NCBI GenBank assembly: GCA_004764695.1
Contig: SMSO01000005.1
Coordinates: 1,488,001-1,552,000, forward strand
Reading direction: 5' to 3'
Origin: Schizochytrium sp. TIO01
Lineage: Eukaryota; Protista; Bigyra: Labyrinthulomycetes
Length of the DNA stretch: 64,000 bases
Below the pieces are notes generated by a model, which worked only from the letters and a program-made list of their open reading frames with translations, was not told where the DNA came from and did not search any database. The position numbers and the translations under genes were made by a program. Below are positions 10,257 through 23,245 of this stretch, one piece after another. The number at the start of each line of letters is the position of its first letter. Position 1 is the first letter of the stretch.

Positions 10257-13112
10257 ATGGGCGGCACAGAGGCCGGCGCGGAGTCCGCAGCCTCTGCTCT
10301 CTGCGAAGTTCTGTCAGCGCTGGCACCTTCAAAACTCCCTTTATCACCAGGTTTGTCACGCTCCGTTGAGCAGCTTGGTTATGGAGCTGCCGTCGCAGAG
10401 GATAGCACAGGTGATGCGATGCCTGTCTCGGAAATTGCTGAAAAGAATGATGCAGAGCCGTTCGTTGAGTCTGTTCCGGGCGTACCGGGAGCTCGCGTCG
10501 TTCGAGGCCTTTTAAGCTCTGCGGAATGTCAAGCTCTTGAGTCTGTGATTAGAAGCGTACATGGATCTTTGCGTCAACGTCACCGCCTCGAAGGTCATCG
10601 TGAACGTCGGGAGTCCCAACATCACGTGGCTCTGGAGGTAGGCTCCAAGCCTCTTGAGACTCTCGCAGCGAGACTCAGGCCATTCTTGGACGAATTTGCG
10701 GGTCCGAAGTCCAAGAAGCCACTTGAGGCCGCAGGCAAAGAACTCTCCAGTTTTTTGAGAACGTATTGCTACGAAGAGGGGGACTTTTCAGCGCCACATT
10801 TTGACAAAGCATTCACGGAGCACACTGGAGATGATCACGACACTACAGAAGGTGATAAAGATGAGGACGTTGACAAGGCCAAAAATAGTGGTTCCAAGAA
10901 TAATAAGAAAAAACCCAACGAGAAGGGTGGCGTACTGGCGCGTGAGCTCGTAAGGTTCTCAGCATTCTCTGTAGTAATGTACTTGAACGAAGGCTTTGAG
11001 GGCGGTGCAACGACCTTCTTCAAGGAAGATGAGAGAATTAAACCTTCAAGGAGAGGTAACACTCCGATAATCGAAGATATGAGCATCTTGGAGGTAGCGG
11101 GAGCCAATGTACCACGCATGGGAGACGTTTTGGTCTTCCCTCATGGCAATATGCCTGGATCATTCCCAAACCCTCTTCACGAAGGTTCAGTGCTTAAGAA
11201 AGGATCCAAGTGTATCATTAGGACAGATGTCTTTTATCTCGCAAAAACACAGAAGTCCAAGAACAAGCCTAAGAACAAGAAAACCAAGAAGAATTCAAAA
11301 GACCCGGAGGACAACAACAGTAGCAACAAAACCGACAAAAATCACGACAAGCGCGATGCAAGCCGTAGTAACGACGACCGCTTCAGTAGTGACGACAAGA
11401 ACCCAGAAGATGTTAGCAGCAAGAAAGACAACGCTCACAGCGACCAAACGCCACACCAAAATTACAGCAGTGTTGACAGTATCAACTCGGAGCCTGTGGC
11501 AGAGCAGGAGCACATAGTCATAACCAACGAGAACAGTTTCGATAGCGCCATTGACAGAAGCGAAGAACAAAACCATGCTGACGTAATGCTGGACGATAAT
11601 ACCAATAATATTAGACCTCCGCAGAGACTAGCTAAGCAACCTCGTCTCGCCTCACCAGAGCCCCGTGAGGGCGACCCTATGGCAAATGCCATTGAAACAT
11701 TGTTAGAAGCACGACTCGCCATGTTATGTCCAATTTCCACGCATCTTGCGAGAGGCTCCGTTCGCCGCCTCAACGAACCAAGCAAACCAGAGTTCGAGTC
11801 CAAACTCCCCTCAACAATCTTTTGGACTCTCTTTAGGGATCAGCGCGCAGATCCAAATCTGAGTAATCTTGTGGCCAAAAACAAGGTCTTGCTCACCTCT
11901 GACATGGGCGTATCTCGTGAACTCACAAGGGACGGCTTGGCCCGAGCTCTTATTGATGAACTCCCAAGTGAGCACCCACTAGCCTTCATTTGTGCCAGCG
12001 ATGATGGTTCAGGTCGCCTTTCTTTTTCATCCAAAGTTTACGTTGCCGAGAAGAGTCTCCATGGCCAAATTATGTGCATCAAATGCGGCGCCTTCGTTAA
12101 AGCCGCTACGGGAGGCCTTGAGTGGCACATGAAAAACGCACATAGTGTAGAGACTCATCAGATTGCCTTCGAGGCAGTGCAGCGCCAATCAGATGCACTT
12201 TTCGTAATTAAGTCGATACCGGGAGCAGATATTTTCGCTAACAGCAAAGTTGACGAAAACCTTAAGAAATCTATTCTTGGCTCCGTAAGACTCGACCCAA
12301 GCGAGGTGGCTCGTGCAATGAGAGATCGAGATACGCTCCATGATGCAGTTGAGGCGGGGCGCATCAAATCACTTGGCCCCGAACTTGATGCATGCCGTAG
12401 CGGAGATATTGAAGCTTTGCGGAAAGCAGTGGCAAACGGATGGAATCCACGGACATCGACTGATAAAAATGGAGCCAATGGTTTGCTTTGGGCCGCCGGA
12501 TTTGGTAATCTTGAGGTCTGCAAGTTCCTTGTGCGCGAATGTAAACTCGACCCGGTTCGTGATGCTCAAAATGCACGTCGCGGATACAGTGGACGAACAG
12601 CGTTACATTGGGCAGCTCGCAATGGACACCTTAGAGTTGTTCGATGGCTTATCGAGGAAGAAAATAGTCCTGTTGACGCAAGCACAGGCGACGGCACGAC
12701 GCCACTCTGCCTAGCTGCTTGGCAGGGTCACGTGGACATGTGTAAGTATCTTGTAGAAGAGGCCAAGGCTGATCCCCAAACCGTCAATTCATTTGGGTGC
12801 AATATGGCCATGTGGGTATCCCAGAGCCCTCAACACGAAAGCGCCATGCAACTATGCAAGTACTTCGCCCAGCTTGGCGTAAACTTCACTCTCATCAATC
12901 ATAATGGACAGGGCTGTTTACACAAGGCCGCGCAGCGCGGAAACCGTCCTGTTTGCGAGTGGCTCCTTAAACAAATCAAGCTGGGGGCTGAACATTTTGC
13001 TCCCAATGAAAATGAGAAGTCTCGCCCATTTGAACTCGCCAAGTTTGCAGGACATGACGAATTGGCCAAGTATCTCGAACAACCTAAAGTTGCCGAGGCT
13101 TTGGCAGCCTGA
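10257..13112 (+). CDS. 2OG-Fe(II) oxygenase (P4H-like) fused to a C2H2 zinc finger and ankyrin repeats
   Basis: APHFD (HxD at 10797), FSVVMYLNEGFEGGATTF, GDVLVFPH, LHEG and IIRTD; CIKC..LEWHMKNAH; ankyrin repeats GRTALHWAARNGH, GTTPLCLAAWQGH and GQGCLHKAAQRGN. Confidence 0.85.
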   Translation: MGGTEAGAESAASALCEVLSALAPSKLPLSPGLSRSVEQLGYGAAVAEDSTGDAMPVSEIAEKNDAEPFVESVPGVPGARVVRGLLSSAECQALESVIRSVHGSLRQRHRLEGHRERRESQHHVALEVGSKPLETLAARLRPFLDEFAGPKSKKPLEAAGKELSSFLRTYCYEEGDFSAPHFDKAFTEHTGDDHDTTEGDKDEDVDKAKNSGSKNNKKKPNEKGGVLARELVRFSAFSVVMYLNEGFEGGATTFFKEDERIKPSRRGNTPIIEDMSILEVAGANVPRMGDVLVFPHGNMPGSFPNPLHEGSVLKKGSKCIIRTDVFYLAKTQKSKNKPKNKKTKKNSKDPEDNNSSNKTDKNHDKRDASRSNDDRFSSDDKNPEDVSSKKDNAHSDQTPHQNYSSVDSINSEPVAEQEHIVITNENSFDSAIDRSEEQNHADVMLDDNTNNIRPPQRLAKQPRLASPEPREGDPMANAIETLLEARLAMLCPISTHLARGSVRRLNEPSKPEFESKLPSTIFWTLFRDQRADPNLSNLVAKNKVLLTSDMGVSRELTRDGLARALIDELPSEHPLAFICASDDGSGRLSFSSKVYVAEKSLHGQIMCIKCGAFVKAATGGLEWHMKNAHSVETHQIAFEAVQRQSDALFVIKSIPGADIFANSKVDENLKKSILGSVRLDPSEVARAMRDRDTLHDAVEAGRIKSLGPELDACRSGDIEALRKAVANGWNPRTSTDKNGANGLLWAAGFGNLEVCKFLVRECKLDPVRDAQNARRGYSGRTALHWAARNGHLRVVRWLIEEENSPVDASTGDGTTPLCLAAWQGHVDMCKYLVEEAKADPQTVNSFGCNMAMWVSQSPQHESAMQLCKYFAQLGVNFTLINHNGQGCLHKAAQRGNRPVCEWLLKQIKLGAEHFAPNENEKSRPFELAKFAGHDELAKYLEQPKVAEALAA

Positions 13113-13585
13113 TAGAACTCAGAGTTCTCATAGTTGTCATTGTCACAATCGACCGAACAAGTCAAGATGCAGGTGGCATTGAATGCCTAAAGAGGATGTT
13201 CTTGTCCTTTCCATGGGAGTTTTGCTAGAAGTCATAAACTGCCACTGACTCTCCCATACCTATTATTGCTTTACCTATTTCGCATCATGATCATTGATTT
13301 GAAATATTAAAAGAAGCCCAAACACGAATCACATGAATAAGAAGTAATAAACAATCGCTTCTACATTTTTATTATAATGAGGCAAGTGTGCGCCCAATAC
13401 GTTGTAGTGCTTTTTTCTTGCCCCTATTTTCTCAATGTAAGTAGTGCTTCAGATCGTTTGGAGATTTAATTTATTTTAGGTTTAGTTTGTTCAGGTTTAT
13501 CATCACTCTGCTATATACACCCATCATGGTCAAACCGAGCAAAAAACTTTGGAATTATCTTTATCATCACAGCCGTTCGAAAATA

Positions 13586-14888
13586 TTACTGAGGATACAT
13601 TTTGGCTGTGGCAAGGTAAAACTCGCGATAGCGAGCTTTATAGAGCTTGTCGCCTTTCACTGTTGGGTGAAGGAACAGGTGGTTCTTGAGAGCCTGGAAG
13701 AAACCAAATTCCACCTGTGCACTGTTAATCAAGCTAACATGTACAGATGACAACTTGGAAATAAGAAGTCCAAGCGCTTCATAGATTGAGTTTTCAGCCT
13801 TCTCATACTGCTCATTAATAGTGTGCAGCTCAAACAGCTGCATCCGCTTTTTCTCGCTGAGTTTGGATCTGTCCAGCTGGCCCCGGCGGGCAGCCTCATA
13901 GTCTGCGTGAAGCTTTCGCGATTTACGGAACTTGCGGTCCAACACGAGGCGCATATGGCGAAGCGCCTTGCGGTCTCTGTCCAGAGAATCAATCACACGA
14001 ACCGCACGCTCAAAAAATGATATTTGTTCACAAGTCTGGACATACCTGCGTAAGGCCTCGAGGTCAACGTCTAAAGCTCTTGAACTGTCATGTCCATCCA
14101 AGTATACATCCACAGACCTGATGGTCTCGTTTGCACGTTTTACGAAGCTATGCAAAATCTCCCCTTCGCGCATAATACGTTTACGAAGTCCTGGAAGGTC
14201 ATCATACCGCTCACGAATATGTTCTGGCTCAATAGAGCAGGTATGCATAAACTTCTGCTTCGCCACGGACCAGCGCTCCTCGCGAGAAGGCTGGCCGCAA
14301 ATCTACTGTTTGCAATTGATCTCCCGTTGTGAAAAATGTGTCAAGGCCTTCACGATAGACACCTTGAAGCCACTGTAGAGTACGGCCGAGGTCAGAGCTG
14401 GAATGAACAGCCTCTCGGCGAGATCTCTTTTTCTGTGGCCTTCTCGAATGATGAGGATGTGACTCCCGTGAATACCCTTCGACATCTCGATTTCCCTGAA
14501 TGTGCTCACCAGAGAGCGATGAGGATGCTGATGAGTCCGAACCAAACGGAGTAGATAGCGAGGACTGCGAAAGGTAATCATCGTCTGAGTCGTTAGAGAA
14601 CTCAGGCTCATCGAAGGTTGCCGCTGTCGGAATAGCCACTGTGTACTCTTGGTGGCGGCGGTGTTGATGGTTGTGGTGATTGTGATGATTTTGACGACCA
14701 TGCGGCGGTGGTGGCGGAGCTCTTCTCTGCTGCTCTTTTGGTTGGGGTTGAGCACAATTGGGATTATAGGACGTAGTCGAATTATCTTGGGGGTTTTGTT
14801 CTTGTGGTTTAATATAATTCTCAATTATCCAGTCCGTCGCAGCAGCGCGTACATGCGGGGCAAGCGCCTCTGCAATGTAACCGAGCAT
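13586..14888 (-). CDS. BAR-domain-like protein with a low-complexity N-terminus; one +1 frame break between 14229 and 14302
   Basis: Two overlapping ORFs (14229-14888 and 13586-14266). The second reads ERWSVAKQKF.. RKSRKLHADYEAARR.. AQVEFGFFQAL, a helical pattern typical of BAR domains. Confidence 0.5.
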
Positions 14889-15978
14889 GCTATTCTTGTT
14901 TTAATTATACTTTCTGCCAGCTTTTGTGCTTTGGAGTGGAGTGGTCTGCTTCTTTACTTGTCCGAACAATCTTCTTCACTGAGGGTGTTTTGAATGCTTG
15001 AGGGAGGTTACGGGTTTGCAAACTAGTGCCGGTGAGCAGTTACTCTGTACTTTGTTACGTTGACTCGATATTTTAATAGAAAGTAAAGTGTGAGTGAGAG
15101 AAGTCCAGCTCGCAGATGTTCTCCGGAGAACGTACAACCGTGGCAGCGAGTCTCGCTGAAGCGCCGATGCTTGCTTGCTTCGGCTGCCTCCTGTTTACTA
15201 CGACCGCAAGGTCTGGCCACCCTGTTGGCACCTGGTGGGACGCTTGCTTTCTTGCAAGGTTTCCAGAGCCTCGAACTCTCAGTTATCTATCTAGCTAGCT
15301 AACTAGATAGGCAGTGTAATTCAAGCCAACACCCTCACGTCGCTACTAGCGGCCTTCGAGCTGGCCCAGGATGTGTTAGTTCTCCGTTGGGAGTCTCCAC
15401 GTTCTTGTGCTCTTTAAGAAAGTTCGTAAAAGAAGTCAAACGAAAATTCGTAGCTCTGGTCGTTCAATTCTTAAGAGTCCAGGGTAGCCAATTAGGCGCC
15501 CAGCTCGCGCTGTCCCCTGTTATCAAGTTCTTCGTCCGTTCTTCCGCGCTTAACTTCTGCGAGGCCTCGCTCACTGAAAGGAGCGACACAGGATTCTGGC
15601 GCAGCAGAATGGAATCTTCTCCACTTCAGCACTATCCTCTGTACGTTCGGTCTACTCGGCAGAGTCTGCCCTAAGCTTGGAGTGCTAGACCTCTCAGAGG
15701 CAAGAACTCACAATAGCCTAATGCTCTCTTTCTTTCTTCAAGAGCTCCAACTTTCAGTTCTTCCTGAAAAGGAGCCACACAGACCTCCTGTCTTCTACCT
15801 TCGCAAAGAAGGCTCCAGGAAACGCAACCGAGCAGGCTTCCCTGCTGAAGTGGTCTATCTTCTCTGACCTGTTCACACTCTTGAGTTCTGACACCACGCA
15901 ATGATCCTTGCTGTCGTCGAGTCGCTGCGAGCGAAGAAGAACTCCTCAAACGAAATCAACGAGATCGATGGGAAAACA

Positions 15979-16032
15979 GAACAGAAAACAGAACAGAACA
16001 GAAGATAGAGAACAGAGAACAGAGAACAGAAC
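15979..16032 (+). repeat. (GAACA)n-like purine-rich simple repeat
   Basis: Direct reading. Confidence 0.7.
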
Positions 16033-17615
16033 AAGGAAAAGGTCAAAGAGGCGTCCGAAAGGGAGAGAGAGAAAACAAGCAAGCGAGCAGAGGCTCTGTT
16101 CTCGCGTTGCGGTGCTGCAGGTCTTGACGATGGTCGAGAGCTTACTCTCTTTCTCCTCTTCTCCAGTCAGCTTCTTCTCCCCGAGCAACCCCAGTGCGCA
16201 AGGCAAGCGAGCGGTTTGGAGGACTGACTTTCAAGAAAAGGAATGCGGGAACGGAGCAAACACGATGATGATGATGATGATGGAGTGAAACTCAGCCAGA
16301 GCACGCTCGCTCGCTGCAAAGACCCTTCTTGCAGCCGGGGTACCTGTGGAACTGAGCAGGGCTCGTGCCCAGTTCTGCCGGTGGCCGCCTGTCAGCAGCT
16401 TCTTCAAGCGACAGAGAGCTCAGGAGCGGCGCTGCGCCCTGCGCTTTCAAATCGATGCTCGCTTTCTGGTTCTCGCTTTGCCGCCGGCAGCAGAAGCGAA
16501 CGCGACTACGGGTTCCCCTCACAAAGCTACCGTCGTTGACTGTGGTGTCAACCCCAATAAACCCTCGCATCTTGCCTGCTTTTCGCTTCCCGCCCTTGGG
16601 GTACCCGCGCCCATATAAATAAAGTGGGAGATCTCCTGCTGTGGGACTGCGGGGGAGCTGGATATCGCGCTGGTGGAGCTGAACGTGGAGACGAAAGAGT
16701 AGAGCTTTGAATCGCTGCGGGGGAACCCGCACTTCATGGGCGTTGGTTGGGAAAGTTAAGTTCGAGTAATTTGCAAAATGATTTCTCTATATCCTGGTTC
16801 TCTGCGATGCTTGGGCTGCTGCACTTCATGCTGCTGAGGCGCTCTGGAGACGGTCTGGCGTGTCCCCCATTCCAATATTGGGTGCGTGGATCGAAGTCTT
16901 CTCTCGGATTCGTGGCGCCACGTCTACCTCGCTTTTCCAGTCCTCCAGGTTTCTCCTGCCAGGAGACAGCAAGGGGGGTCTTTTTTCTTTTTCTTTTTCT
17001 TTTTTTATCAATGATTGATAAATAAAATGTTTACTTTCCTTTTTCTTTCATCTCTTTCTCCTGTTTCAAGTTCGATTTTGAAGGGAATTTACGCTGTTTC
17101 AAGTTCCCCCCCCCCCTGTTACAGTATATAGTAAGTAGGTGCCTAGCAGGGCCTAGGGTCTATTCTCCTCTTCTTAGTTTACTCTCCACTATGGTTTCGC
17201 CTATGTGAAGCCGTACCATACTATCGTGTTTTAGTTTACTTTCTTTCTTTCTTTCTTTTCTTTCTCTAAGACGCGAAGATAAGAGTGTCTCACCTCACTA
17301 AGTACGTATCTCCAATGAGTTGAGTTGACAGAGAGTATCTGAGTACGAGGGTCGATATTGAGGTTGTTTCATCTCTGTTTCAGTCAGCTTGAAGGTCTCT
17401 TTCTTTCCCTTTTGGTTTCCCTCTCTCTTTCTTTCTTTCCGCCTTCATTCAGCGGCGTACTTGGCGTCTCCTAGGCTTTTCCTTGAGAGGGCGCATAGCA
17501 CCCCCTCCTGGTTCTTCCGGAGCGGCGTTCTGTTCCCCCATGCTCGCCGTTCTCTTCTGTTTGTAACAATGCTTATGTGAGTCCTAGCAGGCGGTGTTCT
17601 GACTGACTGAATGCA

Positions 17616-17645
17616 TGAATGAATGAATGAATGAATGAATGAATG
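17616..17645 (+). repeat. (GAAT)n microsatellite
   Basis: Direct reading. Confidence 0.85.
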
Positions 17646-19501
17646 TCTGTTTGATCGAAGTAGTAAAGAAATTCATTGGTGGTTCTTTCTTTCATCGCAG
17701 ACCCCGATTTCCAGCCTGAGGAAGGGCCCAACTCGAGCAAATTATCGCTACAAGGAGAAGAAAGTTGGTGCTATTGCGTGCTCTTTCGCTGTTTCTGCTG
17801 AGGTTACTGTCGCAGAGCTTAGCTTAGATCGAGCTGCTTCGAGTGTGAGACTCAGAGTTGCGGAATTCGCTGACTCCAGCTAGCGAGCTACCTCAATAGC
17901 ACTTACCTAGGGCCTACTAGGCCGCTCGCCTCTAAAGCATGGACATGTGAAAATCTCTTCAGAAGCTCCAAAGGTTTGTTCTTCTGAATGGTTCCAATGG
18001 TTATCGCGGTGCTTCGACATGGTCATAAGGGCAGAGCAGGCGTATGTGCTGAGTCGATAGCGAAAACAGCCGTGTTGTATTGGGCCTATAACAATGATGA
18101 TTGCAGTTGCTGTTATTCCCTGTTTCATGATAAATGTGCATATTGCTAGCTTTGCGAGGCACTACAGCGCAGTAGGCTACTGCTACTGAGAGCAGCTGAC
18201 TTTGAGCATTTATTTATTTGCTTCTTTTTTTATTTTATATATTAAAAAAAAATAAAGTTAACTAAAGTTATTTATTTTGGTATTGTAATTGTAATTTTGA
18301 AAGTTTAATTAAGATTGAAAAAAATAATAAAAAATAAAAAATAAAAATACGTACGGGCCTATCATAATATAGTAACTTCATCTGACTGTGTTTCTTTCTG
18401 TAGAAGGCATTTCTTCTGCTTATCAGGGCCTTCGAAGCTGACGTCGCGAGGAATTTCTGTTTCGAGGAGGCTCCAAGGCAGGGAGGATGTTGAGTAAAGA
18501 ACTGCCGCAGTTCTGAGGGATTATGGGCCGCAGTTCAATTTGTTTGACGAACGAAGCGGAAACTAACTGCAGTTCGGGTGGTTCGTTGGTTCTCAACGAA
18601 TCAGGAATTAGTCAGCTCGCCAGCTAGTAGTTATTACCCAGACACTAGCTTTAAAAGTTTTTAAGATAAAATTTTGATTGACGCATACATGTTTCACCTT
18701 CAAGTTTGCGAAAGTTTATGTGAGAGCTGGGTCCTCCAACCCGAAGGCTCAGACCTGGAGACGACTTCGCACGGAACGTGGGCTATCTGATGCAAAAGAC
18801 TTGAAGCATCATCCAAACGCAAGGCCGCTAAGAGCTCGCGCAAATATCAACGCAGATATACCGTTTCTTGCAAGACTTCGCGCCTCCGTTTTGTTTGACT
18901 GCTCGGTGTTTATGTTTGTTTCTCTAATTAGAGGTTAATCATAAATGTATATAGGTGGTACCTGTACCCAGAGACTAAAGCAAAACACAGCGGGTACATT
19001 GAAACCTTGAACCATCTTCAATTTACCCAAAATCATGGGCAATCTTAGGTGTATTTGGGAAACCATTGCAAAGCATCGGTGTCGAGAAAGTCACCCGATT
19101 CGAGTTGAGTGGACCCTTGGATGTCACATGCCACCCGGGTTTTCGAGGTCAATAACTTGCTTTAGAATTTTTTTAAATTGTTTTTTAAAATAATTAATTT
19201 AAAATGAATAATTTGATCTACAAAAATAAATAACTTTAGAAAACAAAATACAGCAGAAAACAAAACCAACAGAGCTCTCTCTGCACTACGATGGCCAAAA
19301 CCATGCATGGCCCAAGCCAAGTCTCGCTCTGCTCGCCAAACGATTCAAGAAGAAAGCAGCTTGAAGAGTGCGGGTCCGGATCCTGGCCATGCCGACGCAT
19401 GCGCTGACCAAGGTTATGCTCCGCTCGCCAGGTTTGGAAGACGAGGTTTCTACAATAATTATTTAAACGCTGAATTCACGAGCTGGTTGGGCTCGCACAT
19501 T

Positions 19502-19536
<35 letters not shown>

Positions 19537-20177
19537 CGCAGTTTTTCCCACCAAAAAGGAAAATGGAGCCCCTCTCTTGGTATCTCTTGAGCTGTCGATA
19601 TCTCTCGATACCTTTGTTTGTTTCTGAGGCGCTGCTGCAGCTCAGCTCAGGCTGCCGCAACAGCGATGGCAAACAAGTTGCACGCAACGAAGAGGTGCAA
19701 AACCGAGGACCGCCTCAACGCCACGCGAGCTTGTGCAAGAGGGCGACTTGGAGAAGGTACGAGTTCTCCATCTTTCATTTCTTGAAGATATTCAAGTCTG
19801 AAGTTCTCACCTCACCTCTCTTGAAAGAGGCAATGTAAGAAGCATTTCGTGGTGATCGCAGAACTTGGACAAAGCTATCTATATCTATCGACTTGAGGAC
19901 GTGGCGGCGAAGAAGATAGATCCGTACCCGGCTGCGCCAAAGCCGTCGCCGTCGTCACCGCCCGCATGCATGTCGCGGAAGCCGAGTCGGCCAGGCAGGT
20001 CGTCTCCACCGGGAACTAACTCCTTGTGCAATGTCGTTCGAGTTTGGAGGTCCGCAGAGCTCGCCAGCTGCTCAGTACTTGCCCGCTTCAAGACGCTTGG
20101 CCAGAGTTCTGGGGCTGCGCGGCGAGCGAGATGAAGAACGTGTACCGTTCGGGTCTCGGCGCAGAAGCTGCAAGAGA

Positions 20178-20233
20178 AAGAAGAAGAATAAAGAAGAAGA
20201 AGAAGAAGAAGAAGAAGAAGAAGATGATGATGA
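20178..20233 (+). repeat. (GAA)n/(GAT)n microsatellite
   Basis: Direct reading. Confidence 0.85.
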
Positions 20234-21472
20234 CGAAAGTACACGAATTGACAAATTCACACCAAGCATAGGAAAGAGAACGAGAGCACAGCAAGGAGCG
20301 AATGGACGCTACAGAGCAGGCACATGGAATGAAGCATGGACGATGCAGAGCTAGGCTGTCTGCGAGGAGCCCTGGACGTTCTGCAGACAAAGTCGCGTGC
20401 TTGAGGAGCGATCCCGTTGGGGTCTGCTCGAGCTCGCGAGCTTTGGTACCTGAAATGACACCAATGGTTCTGGTCCTGGCCAGCGGGAAGTTTCTTCGAT
20501 TCGAGGTCAGAACTTGGAGTCTGCGAACTTGAAGAACACGGATGTTTACTCAGAAATGCAAATGCTGAAGGCCGAAACTGCGCTGCGACCCGCAAGCGGC
20601 TTGGATGCGGACGGCAAGAGCGCGTATTCTTTCTCTTGGAGAAACGACGCCAAAGAAGACAGCTAGAGCTGGGTCCTCTTCTTCACTTCCTGCGCTTCGA
20701 GGAAGGGCACATTCACTCACATGCTTACAAATTAACACCTTCGGCGAGCGAGCCGGAGAAGGTCTTCAAGATCGTGTCGGTGTTGCAATGAAATAGCAAA
20801 CCATCAGCTGCCACCCATTCGATCACATCAACTAGATAGCTAGCTAGCTAGCTAGCTAGAGCTAGGTCTATAGCTGGCTGCTGCAACACATCTGGTTGTG
20901 CGGGGCTGTGCGGGGCTCGAGGTGAGTGTGGTGCTGGCGAGGACGCTTGCTCAGACGATCTGCACAATTTTGTGCAAGAATTTAGTCTCACAGAAAGCTG
21001 ACCAAAACATAATGATGGGAAGGAACAAGAGAAAGGCCCAGCTCGAGGCTCCGAGCATTTGTAAAATGCTGACAGGAAGAATAAGCGCGGCTGCTTGCCT
21101 ATCTATCTGTCTGCCTCAGTGATTCTCGTTTCATTTATTACGAAGTGAACAACAAGAGCACTCGGTGGACGGAGAGGGCCGAGGACCCATATAATGGGTG
21201 GTTGTCTTGGTCTGAGTTCTTACCCATGTCAAAGTCTTCGTAGGAGTTGCACAACTGCTGAGAATCAATGGTGCATACATTGACGGGACCAACTTTGCAA
21301 AGATGGAGGACAACTGAGAATAGGCCTCGAATAGCAAAGCTTGTGCGGCAAACAATTTGCTACAACGAGGATGACAATGTCCAAGTTGCCTCAGCAAAGA
21401 TGACAATGGCTAAGTTCAGGTGGAACTTGAGAAGTAAAAACTAGTGATCAAGATTACATGGGTGTGGAAAAA

Positions 21473-23245
21473 CTACTCTGGAGCTGACGAGAGGGCGGCT
21501 AGGGTTTCTCGCATGCTTTCTGATAGAAAGGAAACATTGTTCGGACTTGAGTATACCTGCGTGAATCCCCGAATGGTTGGGCTAGCATCAGAAACCGGGA
21601 AGGAAGAGAATTTTGCTGAAGTATTGCTATGCATTAATGAGCTCCCTGAATCTTTCTCTGCAACTAAGGGATTTTTGCACAACAAAGATGCTTCCAAGAC
21701 ACCACGGCCTGGAACAATGATGCCGTCAAGAACAAGATGTAACACATCACTCACAGTCCGATAGCAAATGGACTCATTAAAGGTGGCACCACATTTTGAC
21801 TGCATTAAACGGTGGCCTTCAAGGGCAGGGCCGTGGTTAACCTCCAAAATACGCAGGTTGAAATCAGCGTCATCTAGAACGATAAAATCGAAGCCAAACA
21901 CCTCGAATGCATTTGGCATTGGGAAAAACTCATGGCGCCCACCAACGTAATCTGCTGCGAGAAAAACAGCACGCACTGCATGGTGAATATTGTTTCTGAT
22001 GCGCTCTTCTGCAAAGGTCTGAAATTTACGATCCTTATTTAACCAGACTTCCAATGTGGATAGAGAAATTTGGTTCTTGCCAGGCTCATATGCATCATGT
22101 TGGCTTTGAATGACATGGTTCGTTATATGTATAAACGGATCTGACCATGCTCTGGCCTGGTATGGCTCGCTAGCAACATGGAGCACCATATCATGATGCA
22201 CGAAAACACGCAACCGGCCAAGTGCAAGCACATTTACTCGAATGTGAAACTTGCGATCCCTGTAGAGTAACGGGCAATCTACCATGGATTGCAAAAGCCA
22301 CTCCTGATGTACATTCTGCCATTGAGCTTTTTTATCCTTGTTCGCATGTTCGCTCTTGTCTTCTTGAAGATAGTTTCCGCTCTGGCTCTTGACCGAGACT
22401 TTCTAACAGCGTGATGGGCACCTGCCCTTGAAGAAAATGCACTTGCGTGGCGTTGTTTGTTTTGCTGGCTTTGAGTACCCAGGCTCGCTTTGGATCTTGG
22501 CATAGGATGCTCTCTAGTGATCCACCGGAGAACTTTAAGTTTGCGTCTAGAGTGTAGAATTCACATAGAATCTTCTGTGCAGTTAGTTTCGCCTTTCTTA
22601 TGTCCTCGTCAATATCTTTAGCTGTTCCCTGGTGCTTGTTTTTTGAAGACGATGAAGATGCAAAATCTGCAAGAATTTGCATGAGCCGAGTCTTATCTGA
22701 GATTCCGGAGTGGGCAAAGTAGCTAGAAACAATCAAGTTCCCTGCAACAGCACGCTTCCAGTTGATACGAGAGTACGGCGACCATTGAATGACGCAGTCA
22801 GCAGATCGAGCAAGCCTTGGCGCAAGACCCCACTCGTTTCTTAGCACCTGCAATATGGCAAGCCGCGTGTTCTCCACCGGATACGAGCAGAAAAATCCAA
22901 GTTGCTGGCGAGTATCTGTTTCATGCTCTAATGGAGAGGAGCTTTGGGGGAATCCCTCGAACTTTGAGTATCCATTCTCTTTGCATCACCAGTGTCGCCC
23001 TCATGGGCCTTGTCGACCGTTGAAGAATTTTCGTTGTTAAGGTTCTTTGCACTATCAAAGTTCGTCTGATCGAATACGTCCCTCCCGTCCTCGCCGCTTC
23101 TCTCAGACTGTGAATAGGCAATGTTTATAACCTCGTTTTCATCCCAAGGAGTTTGGTCGTCAGATGATACGCAACCGGTGACCTTCTGCACGTCTACTTC
23201 TTTATCTGTGCCTTCGCTCTTTGAAGAAGAAATGGCAAAATCCAT
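21473..23245 (-). CDS. Tubulin-tyrosine ligase (TTL/TTLL) family protein, split by two frame breaks (near 22946-22950 and 22332-22402)
   Basis: GISDKTRL, WVLKASKTNNA, EWLLQSMVDCPLLYRDRKFHIRVNVL, HITNHVIQ, FEVFGFDFIV and ILEVNHGP are TTL ATP-grasp motifs spread over three overlapping ORFs. Confidence 0.85.
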
